A DNA stretch of 62,741 nucleotides, filler included, from Sphacelaria rigidula (lineage: Eukaryota), in assembly GCA_964200075.2 (NCBI GenBank). It is 8 parts of 8 records of this genome, joined end to end, with 100 filler letters (N's around TTAATTAATTAA, not from the genome) between each part and the next. Parts side by side here need not be neighbours in the genome. Positions count along the whole stretch, not along the records: positions 1 to 7,756 come from CAXNAA020013559.1; positions 7,857 to 15,612 come from CAXNAA020013560.1; 6 more parts are not named here. One strand, written 5' to 3'. Each line of letters begins with the position of its first letter. Within the stretch, counting starts at the first letter, position 1. Below are positions 1 through 12,345 of this stretch, piece by piece. The position numbers were made by a program, and so were the translations under genes. The notes beneath the pieces were generated by a model. That model saw only the letters and a list, made by a program, of their open reading frames with translations. It was not told the origin of the DNA and searched no databases.

Positions 1-57
1 CGAAAGGTGTAAACTGGTGCCCAGAATAAATGGGACGACAACACAACAACAACACAC
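1..57 (+). mobile_element. 3' tail of tRNA-derived SINE (family 2)
   Basis: ccagaataaatgggacgacaacacaacaac matches the 3' end of the SINE at 50557-50905 (ccagaatagacgggatgacaacacacac). Confidence 0.6.
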
Positions 58-1069
58 TGTTTTTATGAAGGTCGGACGTCTTGTCCAAACACAATCCAAG
101 AGAGATGCTGGCACTGATATGCCAAGATGCGAAAATAGGATTTTTTATTCTTCTTTTGAGTATATTACTGGTGACGCCCCGATGTCGTTGCACTATACAA
201 TAATACCACAAGAAGTGACCAAAACCAGTCTTCAAACCAGAAACTACGGACCGTAAAATGAGAGAGTGACTCGCGGGGGTGAGTGAAGACAGGAAACCTT
301 TCGGTCTTCACCTCTGTGTCCCTCCATCTCTTCAATCGTACTTTTCCACCTAACCTGTAATCTTGACTCTAAAAAAAACCACTCTACAGTCGTCAAACAC
401 ACCCAACAGCTGGTCTATGCTGCACGAAGTCCAAAACATGATTGAAAAACGCTATATTTCGTGAATCTACCCTTCAACATACCCCTTGTGCTCTGACCTT
501 CCCATCCGGGATGCAAGTTTCTTCTTACTTTTACTACTTCAACATAGAATACGTCAGCGTGCTTATGGCCCGTAGCCAAAATAATGCCCGCTGAGCCTTC
601 AAACGCCACAAAACCATTCCTGTACCCCTGACAAGGATTATTCTTCATGTTTTACCCCGATTCCCGGATGCATACATTCATATTTTCAAACTAGAACCGG
701 TTCAGTTCAAAACCATAAAGCCTCCGAGAGCTTGGCTCACCACTAACGTTAAACCTTTTTCATGTGATAAAACGTAAATGAGCATAACGTTGACTTTTCG
801 AATGAAACGTGAACGCGACGTAATTTTTTTCAAGGTGACATACGTAGCGCAACGTGAACGTTATTATTTTTTTCACGTGATGAACGTAACGGAAACGTGA
901 ACGTGTAACTTGTAGATCCCCGGGAAAATTCGAGCCGCAACGCAGCATTTTGGAGAGCTGTCCTTTGAGAGCGCCGTGGCTCTACGAAGCAAGCATCGAC
1001 ACTGATCAAGCACCTTGTCATTGCCGACATTTTCGGATATTCTCTCCGAGAAAATAATGTCGAAAATAA

Positions 1070-1300
1070 TGGGCACAACAGGCACCATAGGAAAGGTAGG
1101 TAGCCGGTACCGGTATTTGGGACATCTCATACCCTACCGATACCTGTCCAACCGGGTATTTTCAGAGGTCATACCTGCGATAACCACGACACCACGCAAG
1201 GTATTTCGAGATTTCAATACCTACCGTACCCGCTCGATCGGGTATTTTCAAAACTCATACCTCCGATGCCTACGATACCACGGTATTTCTAGATTTTCAA
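1070..1300 (+). repeat. partial copy of interspersed element carrying 82-bp tandem repeat
   Basis: same head (ggtacc..ggtatttg.gacatctcataccctaccgatacc) and repeat units as 3199-3700. Confidence 0.75.
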
Positions 1301-1969
1301 GGACCCGAATTTGGTTGTCCCTCCATAACTTTTAATCCGAGGTGAGGGGAAAAAAAATCATGTAGCGAACGCCCGCGACCACTCGCAAAATAGTAGCTGG
1401 GGCAGGGAAAAAAAGAAAAAAATTGTTGCACAAAGCCGGGGTTCGAACCAACGTCCTGGGTCTTCCCCTCCCGTTTTTTTCTGGCGGTGACCTTTTATTT
1501 TATTTTTGCTAGTATTTGCCCACGAATTTGTTTCCAGCCACCGCAGCACCCGGCAAACACTTCTAGCCTTCACCTACAAGCCTACAGCTACTTGCAGAGA
1601 CGGACATCAAACGAAATGTATACATTCCGCACATTTGGGACTTCAAAGTACGTATTTTCACAAAATTTGAAAAAAAGTGGCGATGCCAGGCACAAAAAGG
1701 TTCGGCCCAAACGGTTTTAGAACCCGCATTTCTCGGGGATTCTTATTATGTGACAAGAAGAATCAGTTTTTTTTCGGTTGTCACCTACATCACTTTTTGT
1801 AATTTCTCCCTCATTTTGCAAAATACGGTCTGCGACGTGACTCGTGCCCATCTTCTTTGCTGACGACAAACCTATGCTCATTCGAAAGCTATCGTTTATA
1901 GCTTTCATTTGATCTACGGAGGGCACTGTGGCTCGACTATCACGGCGAGATGATTCTCAAATTACACCC

Positions 1970-2215
1970 ATTCGGGTCCTTGAAAATTTCGACTTTACCT
2001 ACCGTACCCGCCCAGTCGGGAATTTTAAAATGTCGTACCTACGATACCTACGATACCGCGGTATTTTGAGATTTCAATACCTACCGTACCCGCTCAATCA
2101 GGTATTTTCAAAACTCATACCTACGATACCTACGCATACCACGGTATGGGATGCCGCGGTAAATACCGGGGGTATACCCGGCGATACCGGACGCGATGCA
2201 CTCCCCACGGTGCAG
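1970..2215 (+). repeat. partial copy (3' part) of element carrying 82-bp tandem repeat
   Basis: acctaccgtacccgctcaatcaggtattttc units plus the gtaaataccggggg tail shared with 3199-3700. Confidence 0.75.
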
Positions 2216-3198
2216 CAGCTGGTTCCAACTTATTATGCAAAGGCCAGAAGTTGCCGGACCAGGTGCGTCTTGTTTTTACAAGTAATATATACCCAGATTC
2301 CACCTGATTTGCGTGTTTGGAGCAATTTGAATGAACTCATTATTATGTAGTCTGAAGTGCAGTCGATTTTTTTCTCTCGATCTGATAGGTCCACCACATT
2401 TCTGTTCTTAGAAGGCTTCAACTCCAATTTGTAATGAGTGGCGCGCGGAGAAAAACTACAAAAAAAGAGGCTAAGCTTTTCCGATCGAAAACATGCGGTC
2501 GAAAGGCACGAAGCGGCACTTGACTCCTATCTTACACACCACCACGCCAGATAAAACCCGGTCACAAAACCATGCTCACTCCATCCACCTCATTCTCAGC
2601 TATCATCCCAACCCTACAGCATCGAGTATGAGTTGAGCACAGAGATAGATGCGTTGCATTAGTTGGGTATGCTTTGTTCATTTTCTGTTGGCGAATACTT
2701 GCGCATTTTCTCCCATGGTAGGATCAGCGACGGAACTGCGTGGTACGGTGGGCAACCGAGTTGCGTACACGCTCACGGACAGTGCAGGCAGTACAAAGCT
2801 GCACGTTGTTCATGTCCTTCTCAAGTCGCATTGTAAGCAGAGAGAACTGATATTCCTGGGCTGTCTGCGCTGCACGTTGCCCGCTTCTCTTAAAAATCTT
2901 ATCGTACGAAACACGCACACATGCACTCGAGACACACTGCTTGTAAGCAATGCGAACAGCACAGACTGTCTGTACTGCACACGTGTGCCATGTACCGTTT
3001 ACGAATTTTACCGTCTTTTTTCGATCGAATCCTTGAAAATTCGATTAGACCCAACTCAACAAAAATGTGCGATTTTCGCTCAAATCAATTCTATCGCCAC
3101 ATTTTTCTCGATATTCAATATATATATATATATATACATTTGCCAAGACACGCCCTGAAACGCTTCTCCGCACTGCCGGATTACAGTTTTAAATTTGG

Positions 3199-3700
3199 TA
3201 TAGAGGGTAAGACAGGTACCTGGTACTGGTATTTGAGACATCTCATACCCTACCGATACCGACCCAATCGAGTATTTTCAAAACTCATACCTACGGTACT
3301 CACGATACCACGGTATTTCGAGATACCAGTACCTACCGTACTTGCCCAATCGGGTATTTTCATATGTCATACCTACGATACCTATGATACCACGGTATTT
3401 CGGTATACCAATACCCACCGTACCCGCTCAATCAGGTATTTTAATATGTCGTACCTACCATACCTACGATATCACGGTATTTCGGTATACCAACACCTAC
3501 CGTACTCGCTCAATCAGGTATTTTCATATGTCGTACCTACGATATCTACGATACCACGGTATTTCGGTATACCAATACCTACCGTACCCGCTCAATCAGG
3601 TGTTTTCGAAACTCATACCTTCGACACCCGCACATACGACTGTAGGGGATACCCCAGTAAATACCGGGGGTACGCTTGGTACGGTACCTTACCTACGGTT
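3199..3700 (+). repeat. non-autonomous element with about 5 copies of an 82-bp tandem repeat
   Basis: gata(c/t)cacggtatttcg recurs at 3304, 3386, 3468 and 3550 (period 82); this explains ORFs 2921..3841 and 3342..3785. Confidence 0.85.
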
Positions 3701-3974
3701 CCTGTGCAAACAATCGCACGTGTATTGTACACGCACATGTTGCTTTTTCCGCTCATCTATTCAACGGTGTGGTTACACGCTATAGGGCAACGTGCACCCT
3801 GTTGTAGAAACTTTGAAGGTACACGGGCCAGCGCCCGATAGATGTAGCGATATGAAGATCAACGGAGATGAGACAGGCTGTTGCGGAGAATATGTGTGTG
3901 TTGCAGATATTTTGATTGGTCCGTTTCTCACTGCTGTATTTGATGAGCCATGCACATCACAGCGAGAAGTCTTA

Positions 3975-5326
3975 CAAGGGCAGGTCGAGTAGAGTATGTA
4001 CTTTTGAGTGCTCGAGTGAAAACTCGAGTGTTAACTCTACTCAAAAGTTTGAGTAGGTCGAGTACGGCATCAAATACTCTACTCAAATTTTGAGTAGGCC
4101 GAGTACGGCCTCAAATACTCTACTCAAATTTTGAATAGATCGAGTACGACCTCAAATACTCTACTCAAATATTGAGTAAGCACTCTCAGTGGTCCTTGAG
4201 TATAGAGTATCACTTGGGTATGGTGAGTATCCGTGACCGTCGGCGGCTTCGTGACGTCACTCCACAGACTATGTTGAATACATGGGTGAACGATGGTCAT
4301 CAATTAGATGGGTGACGTTACGTTACAGGCTACAAGGAGTATGAGCGAATGATGGCCGTGAAAAAGTAAAAAAAACGTGCAGGTGAAAGAACAGTTCAAG
4401 ACTTCGACTGCCCAATACTCCGATATGATTTTCACGCTTTCCAGTACCCCCGCTAGTCTACACGGTACAATCCGAACGCCCTTCGACAATACCTCAATAT
4501 TCGTTCTACCCTAGTTTTCTACCATCTGGTTCTGATCCAAATGCTTCCTCGAATATACTGTATCCGAATGTTTGCCGCAGTTTGATCTTGAATCAGCACT
4601 AATCATGGGTGGGCAACTCTGGGAATACCTCGCTATTTCCTGTACCCGAGTTTGAGTATCTTGCGTACGAACTTGAATACTGAAGTTGAATTTATAGATT
4701 TTCGGTACATCGGGTCCGGCCTCAGATATTTTGCCCAACTTTCAGGTAGATTGGGTATGGCCGCAAATACTATACTCAATTTTTGAGTGGATTGAGTATG
4801 ACCTCAAATACTCTACTCAAAGATGTGAGTAGATCGGGTACGGCCTCAAATACTCTACTCAAAATTTGAGTAGGTCGAGTACGGCCTCAAATACTCTACT
4901 CAAATATGGAGTAAGCACTCTCAGTAATACTCGAGTATAGAGTATCACCTGGGTGCGACCTCAATACTCTACTCGAATTTTGAGTAGGTCGAGTACGGCC
5001 TCAAATACTCTACTCAAATTCTGAGCAGGTTGAGTATGGCCTCAAATACTCTACTCGAATTTTGAGTAGATCGAGTACGACCTCAAATACTCTACTCAAA
5101 TATTGAGTAAGCACTCCCAGTAACACTTGAGTATACAGTATCACTTGAGTATGACCTCAATACTCTACTCACATTTTGTGTAGATTGAGTATGATCTCAA
5201 ATACTCTACTAAAAAATTTGAGTAGATTGAGTACGACCTCAAATACTCTACTCAGAATTTGAGTACTTAAAGTGTGACTCTTCGAAAATACTGAGTATTG
5301 AGTGTACTCTACTCGACCTGGCCTCG
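3975..5326. mobile_element. non-autonomous hAT-like element with internal 41-bp palindromic satellite
   Basis: TIRs caagggcaggtcgagtagagta / tactctactcgacctggcctcg; 8-bp TSD aagtctta (3967-3974) / aagtcttt (5327-5334); 41-42 bp units actctactcaaattttgagtaggtcgagtacggcctcaaat. Confidence 0.8.
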
Positions 5327-5385
5327 AAGTCTTTCGTGTGTGCAATAGGGGCCCTCTGGCTAAATATTGAGAAGTTCTTGTGTTT

Positions 5386-5901
5386 GTGATATGGGGAGGA
5401 GGTGCGCCCCGTTTCTCTCGATGAATCTATGGTCGGTTCGTTTTTCAGTTCGACTTTCAGTTCGGCTTCTTCTCTTGAAGCTTCCGTCGTTCTCCCCTAG
5501 ATGAGCACTAATAAAGACCTTAAACACGAGCTCTGGTCTACGATTACACCACAGCCATATCCGCTACGGGGTTTCCTCGTATGCTAGCGAATGATCACTT
5601 GGGGACCTAGTGAGAGGGTCTAGTCAACAGTGCTATGTAAACATTTATGATCATGGAGCAACAAGGAACCGAAGACCCCACACCAACGAGATCCGCTGAG
5701 GATGAGCAGCTGATTGCACGTCTTACACAAAAAGTGTCAAGAGTGCGAGCTCAGAACCAAGAAGGGGCCACTGTCAACCACACAGATACCGCATACGGCG
5801 AGACAGAACCATACTTGCAACTAACGGCTGGGAAAAGGATGCCCATCTCCAGGGGTGACGAACTTGTTGAACAGCTGACCACCGCGCACGAAAGTCATTA
5901 G
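5386..5901 (+). mobile_element. possible LTR (about 5386-5643) followed by a truncated gag-like N-terminus
   Basis: TGT...ACA-bounded segment containing AATAAA, immediately followed by ORF 5647..5901; no clear PBS. Confidence 0.25.
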
Positions 5902-6169
5902 CACCAACCATCAGCGGGGCAGGGAGCCCCCTCATGCATGTTTGGACTTCAAGAGTAGTACGCCTGCGGTTTCTCCGAACAGCTGTGGTGGGGATCCATG
6001 AGTGTGCCTGGGGTTGTTTTTTGAGTTGCCCCCCCGCCCGGTGGCCTTGCGAATCTCTTTGTGTTATCTGTCTCTTCTTTTCTTTTATTTCCCTTTTCTG
6101 TCGGTGTGCTTTTCTTAGCAGATATGAAGTTTTTTTTTTCTTTCACCCCGTTCAACTCGGGGAAGCTAC

Positions 6170-6309
6170 CACACCCTGGACAACAGATTCTATTGTAAAA
6201 AAATGTACTGCGTACAGTGCATGGAATCTATTGTCTATTGCAATAGGCGCAATGGTCGATACTGTACGCAGTACACTTTTTGACTGTATGTTCTTTTGTC
6301 CAGGGTGTG
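6170..6309. mobile_element. MITE, TIR CACACCCTGGACAA, 8-bp TSD
   Basis: inverted termini; TSD gaagctac at 6162-6169 and 6310-6317. Confidence 0.9.
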
Positions 6310-6639
6310 GAAGCTACTTCTCATGTTTTTCTTGGCGTTTCTCTTCTTATTTTTATGTCGCTAATATTTGAGTTGATGGCGTTTGTTCATGTAATTAGGC
6401 TAGAGTCTCTGAAAAAATGATGGAGGACTCCATGTCTTGTAAGGAATAGAAGGGACGGTATTGGAAAGACGAGCCTACGTCTGTGACCACGGGTTCGAGA
6501 GATCGGACTTACGTGTGAAATAAGAAGAAGCAGAAGAAGAAGAGAGTAATACCAGGCCTGAGGTGTTCAGTGGGATTGTAAAGCCAGAAAAAAAATCAGG
6601 CGTGTTGGGGGGGGGTTCAGCTAAGACGGAAGCATGTTG

Positions 6640-7756
6640 TGAGCAATAGGGAGTAGCTGGGGCAGTGTCGATGAATGTACCAATTAGGGCCGCAACACCA
6701 GATGCAAACCAGGAAGCGCTCAAGCAACAATTCGGAGAGCATGAGGTGGCAAATGAGTGGAGAGCGTGGAACATAATTGTATCTTAGACTGCACACATGG
6801 CTGTCCTAGAACAATTTTTGGCCGTGGGTTCAGCTTCGGGCGGATGGTCAGTTTTCATGAGATTTTATTCAAACCGCAAGCAACAGCAGAAAAGACAAGT
6901 GTTGATGCATGAATGCTTTGAATTTAGGATGAAAGACGGAGAACCCGCCGTAGAGTACTCCGCACCGGGGTTCTCACAAAGGAATAGGCTTGCCGCCCTC
7001 GGAATTTCACAACCAGACGAAGAACTTAATTACCATTCTTCCCGTTGTCTTTCGGATTACTACGGAACGAAAACGAGCATAATATTCAGTTCCAAAGATT
7101 TGCAGCCCGACAAGTAAAAGAGCGTGGAGTACTCCACCTGGGCTGAGATGCAGGTGCGCCAGGCGAGGGACACAGGAGGCCATGCACTCGTCGTCGCCGG
7201 TATGGGTTGGGGAGGCGAAGGTGTACAATGTGGGGGGGGTGGGGGTCGGAGCGGGCGTAGTCAGCCGCGCAACCGTGGAAATCGGCAGCGACACTCAAAG
7301 TCGGACTCGCACCAGCATCAGCAGCACCCACGGAGGCAGCACTCGCCGCAACAGTCGTATCGACAACGACATAACCAGTGTGAGCGTCGGCATCAGCAGT
7401 GTAACTCCAATAGTAAAGGGGGAGATGGAAGCGGAGGCCGGAATAACAACGTACCTTGGACTTGAACCCCTCCGAACAACGAACATCTCTCCGAGCACTA
7501 CTCTGAGTATTCTACCCGGCCTGAGGGGCTCGCCGCTGTGCAGATTATGTACTGGACATAGATCTCATACGTGGATTCTCGGGCATATAGTCAACCAGCC
7601 TGGTAGGGGCCAGTGCGGTTCAGTACAACGTACCGACAGGAACGGTCCGGGAACCAGTACTGTAGCCAGTGTTTAGTCTAGCCAGACCGGCTCCGCGGCT
7701 CTATATTGTAAGCTCTACAGTTGGGGTTTGGGGCTGAGATTCAGAGAGCGAAGGTT
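6640..7756 (+). mobile_element. decayed Ty1/copia-like gag
   Basis: RAWNIIVS*...GGWSVFMRFYSN...FEFRMKDGEPAVEY...LAALGISQPDEELNYH, then HALVVAG and a Gly/Gln-rich linker; this is the pattern of copia gag (UBN2/Retrotran_gag_2); contains in-frame stops. Confidence 0.7.
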
Positions 7757-7856
7757 NNNNNNNNNNNNNNNNNNNNNNNNNNNNNNNNNNNNNNNNNNNN
7801 TTAATTAATTAANNNNNNNNNNNNNNNNNNNNNNNNNNNNNNNNNNNNNNNNNNNN
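7757..7856. other. artificial contig linker
   Basis: N44-TTAATTAATTAA-N44; gives stop codons in all six frames. Confidence 0.98.
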
Positions 7857-9805
7857 CTTTTCTCCCCATGTCTTTTATCGGGGGCGGTTTGCTTCCGGCC
7901 CCGGCCCCACCCACCCCCACACCGGCCCCCCCCCCCCCCGTCCCCCGTCCCCCCCTCCCCCCTCTCCTCCTTCTCAATCCCGCCTAAGGATATGTGTAAG
8001 TTCTAGCATGAGGTGCAATCTCACGTTCATGCCAAGAACGTTTGTCGTCGGGGTGAGGTACGGTACTGTGCTGCCACTAGTGGAGTCAAAGTTGCACCCA
8101 GTACAAGACGGTACGGTCAGTACGGCATACCCCAGGAAGCCGGTTTACGGCACAGCGGTATGGTTATGCAGCTCTTCGGTGCGACTCGTGTGTTGTGCTG
8201 TGCTGTGCTGTACGGTGCTTTAACTGCACTGGCTGCACTACTTTGTCCTCGAGTCTGTCCCCGATATGTCGCGCTCTTGCTCTCTTGTGCGAAATCAGCG
8301 GTGCAGGCAAAACCTCTGAGATTCATCAGATGCTGTACACACTGCATGTACCGTCCGGAATCAACCACAATCTGAATATTGTAGCTCTGTTTGGATGGCG
8401 TATGGCTCACAGCACGTTCAATGCAGCACAATTGCACAACCGCTGTTCCTAGACAGTAGCGTAGCTGCAACATTAGTGCCCGGTAGTGAGTCAAGCTCCG
8501 TGCCGGGTTTGGGGGATGGGGGTGTGGGTGGATGGGGGGGGGGGATACGAACGATATCTCACGCGTGGAACGCACTAGAACACGTCGACACTGTTGTTGG
8601 GGGACAAGTGGTACCTTGACAGGACACTTTGCGACTCTAACATTGGCCCGCCATATGTGCAAGTTGGCCACAGGAGTAAAACAGTTGTGAAACATGGGAC
8701 CAAACAGGTCAACGGACCGAAGGGCGCTCCTTTGCGTTATTCACCATATATACCACCGAAAATGGTGAGATTTGGACTACAGCATTTGTGGCACGGTACA
8801 AGTACCCGATACGTTGTATACCACTCCCTAAACAATATACTTGGTCATTCAGCCTTTTAACCGCGAGGGTAAGCCATCTGGTAGTGCAGTTATTTTTCAA
8901 CTTAAATTGATGCTGATCCAACAGATGGTCTATGCTCGCCGTCAAAGGGTTGAGTACCACCCGCGGGTTATATGCTCTTGGGACCCGCAATTTTTCAGTC
9001 GAGAAATCGTCCACACGGTATGGTATCCTCCCGTTCTCGATCAGTGTGCATTCCCATCTTCCATCATACGTGGCTCTGTGGATTCCGCGTCGGGAGTTGC
9101 ACGAAACCTCGGGCAGGATGGAGTTGGAGTACTATCTGTAGCTGACATCTGCAGCATCACCGAGTTCCACGTATTTTCGATCTTGCCATTGCGCTTTCAT
9201 CCGCTCCCCCTTCCCCTGGATGAGGCCGTCCGCGCGATAGTCTCGAGGGATCAGTGAACTCTCCCCCGGTAGTAGTCTTGAACGCTGTCCTTGAGGAATG
9301 AATACAGCACTTCCCCAGTCCGTCAAGTAGGTATACATTAAACATGAATACTTGGAATATGTACTCGTAGGAGCCATTATAAGCCAGTCGAGGAACTCTC
9401 GGGGATTGAACAACAGTTTTGGACGCCTCAAGAGTTTTATCAGCAGCTGAAGATTTGACTGGATAATAAAAGATCCGCACGCAGCAAATGACGCAAGATG
9501 CGAAGAAGAGGAAAAATTAAATAAGAGCGATTTGAAATTTCTAAAATAAGAAGAGAATGTCGTATTATTTCGTTAAAAGAAGAATTTTGGCCACAACCGA
9601 GCAGTCCTGCGCCGATATAAAGACAAAAAACATATTTTTCGGAACAGAATCTGAGCTCCTTTCGTCCCCGGCGCACTGTTGCAACGCCCAACGTCAGATC
9701 CAGACATATGGGCTTGTTGATCGTGGTTTGCATGACATACGACCGAAGTCTCGGCGCCTTGCGGCTACAACAGCGTGCGTACGACCCTGATGACCGAAAC
9801 CCACT

Positions 9806-10245
9806 TCCATGGCAACGAATCTCGATTTGTACAAGTATGAGGAATTCAGCCCGTCTAGAGGCGACTTTCTCCCGTGGATTGATTTTTCGGACCCCGGTCC
9901 GTTGGGCAATGTTTTTCGCCTAGCTTTGAGCAAACCAGATCAATTCTCCGATTCTCTGGACGTTGAATTTTTGTTTACAACCTTTCTGCCCAAATTGGGA
10001 CACTCCCGCATCTCCCCCGATTTTTTTGTTTGAATGATCGGGGGAGATGCGGGAGTGTCCCAATTTGGGCAGAAAGGTTGTAAACTAAAAGTCAATGTCC
10101 AGAGAATCGGAGAATTGATCTGGTTTGCTCACAGGTAGGCGAAAAACATTGCCCAACGGACTGGGGTTCAAAAAATCAATCCACGGGAGAAAATCGCCTG
10201 TGAACGGGCTGAAATCCTCATATCCAAATCGAGATTCGTTGCCAT
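9806..10245. repeat. foldback inverted repeat, arms about 215 bp, 15-nt loop
   Basis: ORFs 9809.. (+) and 10085.. (-) give nearly the same peptide; perfect 49-bp inner stem 9973-10021 / 10037-10085. Confidence 0.9.
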
Positions 10246-10901
10246 AAAAGTGTTGCGCTGGGAATCTGTACAGGCGACACGAGAACGACATTCTACATAT
10301 TGACATTTTCCAGAGGGTGTGCGAGTACTGTACTTTTCTACGTTTGTCAGTACCGCACCCTCCCAGGTGCTCACCATGTGGAAGTGAGTGCACCACCATG
10401 TCCGCATATGCATTCACTTACAGTGCACAGAATCTGGGCTGCGAGAAGGCGTATCGACGGTGTATGGGTATTCACTTAGTTTAATTTGCTCGGTGGTCGA
10501 AAGGGGCTGTTCTCCGGTGCACATGATTTTTTTTTTCTCTTGTATCGCGTCTGTGTCAATTTTTTTCCTGGGTCCGATTTCATTCTATGGTTTCTTTTAC
10601 ACTAGCTTGGGGTAGTTATAGTTAGCCTGTGGCCATGGAAGGCGTTCGCACCAGATGCCCAGTACAGAGTACTGCGCAGATATCGGAATGATTTTTAGTT
10701 TGGACAACAACAACAACCACAACAACAACAACACTCTGCCTGCATTGTGTCCGACTAGTGCACCAACTTTACCCACCGTCAGAAACTTGACTCGCGAAGC
10801 TTCCTTTCAAAAGTACAACGATTTTTTTTATGCGGGCCAAGTGCGGGCATTCACAAATATACAAATATACAAATATACAAATATATATATATAACGTCTA
10901 T

Positions 10902-10963
10902 CATGAGACCACGGCTGGACCCCTGGGGGGTCAGCCAAAGTGCGACAGTGAATCAAATCAATC
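10902..10963 (+). mobile_element. short retroposon 3' end with (AATC)n-like tail
   Basis: atgagaccacggctggacccctggggggtcag..aatcaaatcaatc; second copy at 32990-33066. Confidence 0.5.
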
Positions 10964-11869
10964 ACTTATATTTTGGCGCAGGACTGGATGGAGAATTTCA
11001 AACCTTTTGGTACTGGCAATTGAAAAGTGCTGTTTTCTGAACACAACATGGTTGGTTGAGTGCAGCTTCCAAGGGTCACTATTTTGCCCAAAGGCCTGTT
11101 TTTCAGACCCGCGACCGCTTCCAACTGGCGGTGAATCGCGTAAATACTGTATCGCACCTCAATCCTTCCACGTGTGATGAGAGGGTTTCTGTGTGCTCGG
11201 TTATACTACTTTGTTCTTATGATGTTGCTTAGCACGCTTGCCAATTGTTGGGCGAGCACGACCCCCGGACTGCAACACAACAATACTCCGGTGGGGTGCA
11301 TCACCTAAATAAATGTGTGCCGGAGTGCCACACGGGACAAAATATATAGGAAATATACAGGTGGTTCAATTTTTTGTTGTATAAAAATTCAGAGGCCGCG
11401 GTGCTGGTTTTAGCTGTGTGCACAAAATGAAGATACTTGACTCGTTGCCTCCCCTCATTCGATAAAACTAATCCAACCGCACCGGGGCGACATTTTTGGT
11501 GCGACCATGACGTATGTCGGTGGATTCTTCTGTGACCTTCCGCCGTAGATATGGTTGCTGTCGATATTTTCGTTTTCTCATATTTTCTTCTCTGTCAGCG
11601 CTTGAAATAATTGGCGTCTGGACCGGGGACGGGAGGGTAGGGTTCCCAAAGGTTTAACATTCGTGTACAAGCTGCCTGGCCAGCCTAAGGCCGCGCGTCT
11701 TGGCAAATTATTCTTCGATCGAAAAAGTGCGAGGTATGCCCAACTCAGTGCGAGGTACGCCCAACTCCAAAATTTTTCAAGAATTTCAAACGCATTTTTT
11801 TCTGCCACGATTCTGAACCGGTACCAAAACACGCACCATTATGGCATAACTTGGAGTTGTACATGGATA

Positions 11870-12345
11870 TTGAAGTTGGCGTGACGTAGGAGGTATGCAT
11901 CTCTATAACAGCACCCCAAAAAGATATGACATAAGGCGGCATTTTCTCTCGTGGATTGCTTTTTACGGACCCCAGTCCGTCGGACAAAGTTTCTCGGTTA
12001 GCTGTGAGAAAATCAAATCAATTCTCCGACTCTCTGGACGTTGACTTTGGCGTGTCAACTTTTTCGCCAAATCGAGACACTCTCGAATATGTATGCGCGA
12101 GGGACAGACTTTGGCCGCAGATCTGTTTTTTGTACATACATATTCGGAAGTATCTCGATTTGAGCAGAACGGTGAGATACCAAAAGTCAACGTTTAGAGA
12201 ATCGGAGAATTGATTTGATTTTCTCACAGCTGAACCGAGAAATATTGCCCAACGGACTGAGATCTGAAGAATCAACTCACGGGAGAGAGTCGTCCACCGA
12301 TCCCCTCAAATCTCAGATGTGTATATGAGCAGAGTTGTCGCCATC
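11870..12345. repeat. second foldback of the same family as 9806-10245
   Basis: aatcaattctccgactctctggacgttgact and its reverse complement around a centre near 12115; arms homologous to the 9806 element. Confidence 0.85.

Noticed and set aside
2921-3841. 306-aa ORF
   Set aside because: It is read-through of the 82-bp tandem repeat, with a repetitive translation in several frames.
4034-5270. CRISPR-like array of palindromic repeats
   Set aside because: The units are contiguous tandem repeats without unique spacers, sit inside a TIR/TSD element, and there are no cas genes; the context is eukaryotic.
7801-7812. TTAATTAATTAA as a regulatory or biological motif
   Set aside because: It is identical at all seven gaps and centred in Ns, so it is an assembly spacer.
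8600-9430. possible transposase remnant on the minus strand (NNCTTRW, FHNCFTPV)
   Set aside because: The motifs are too short and point to different families, so no call is supportable.
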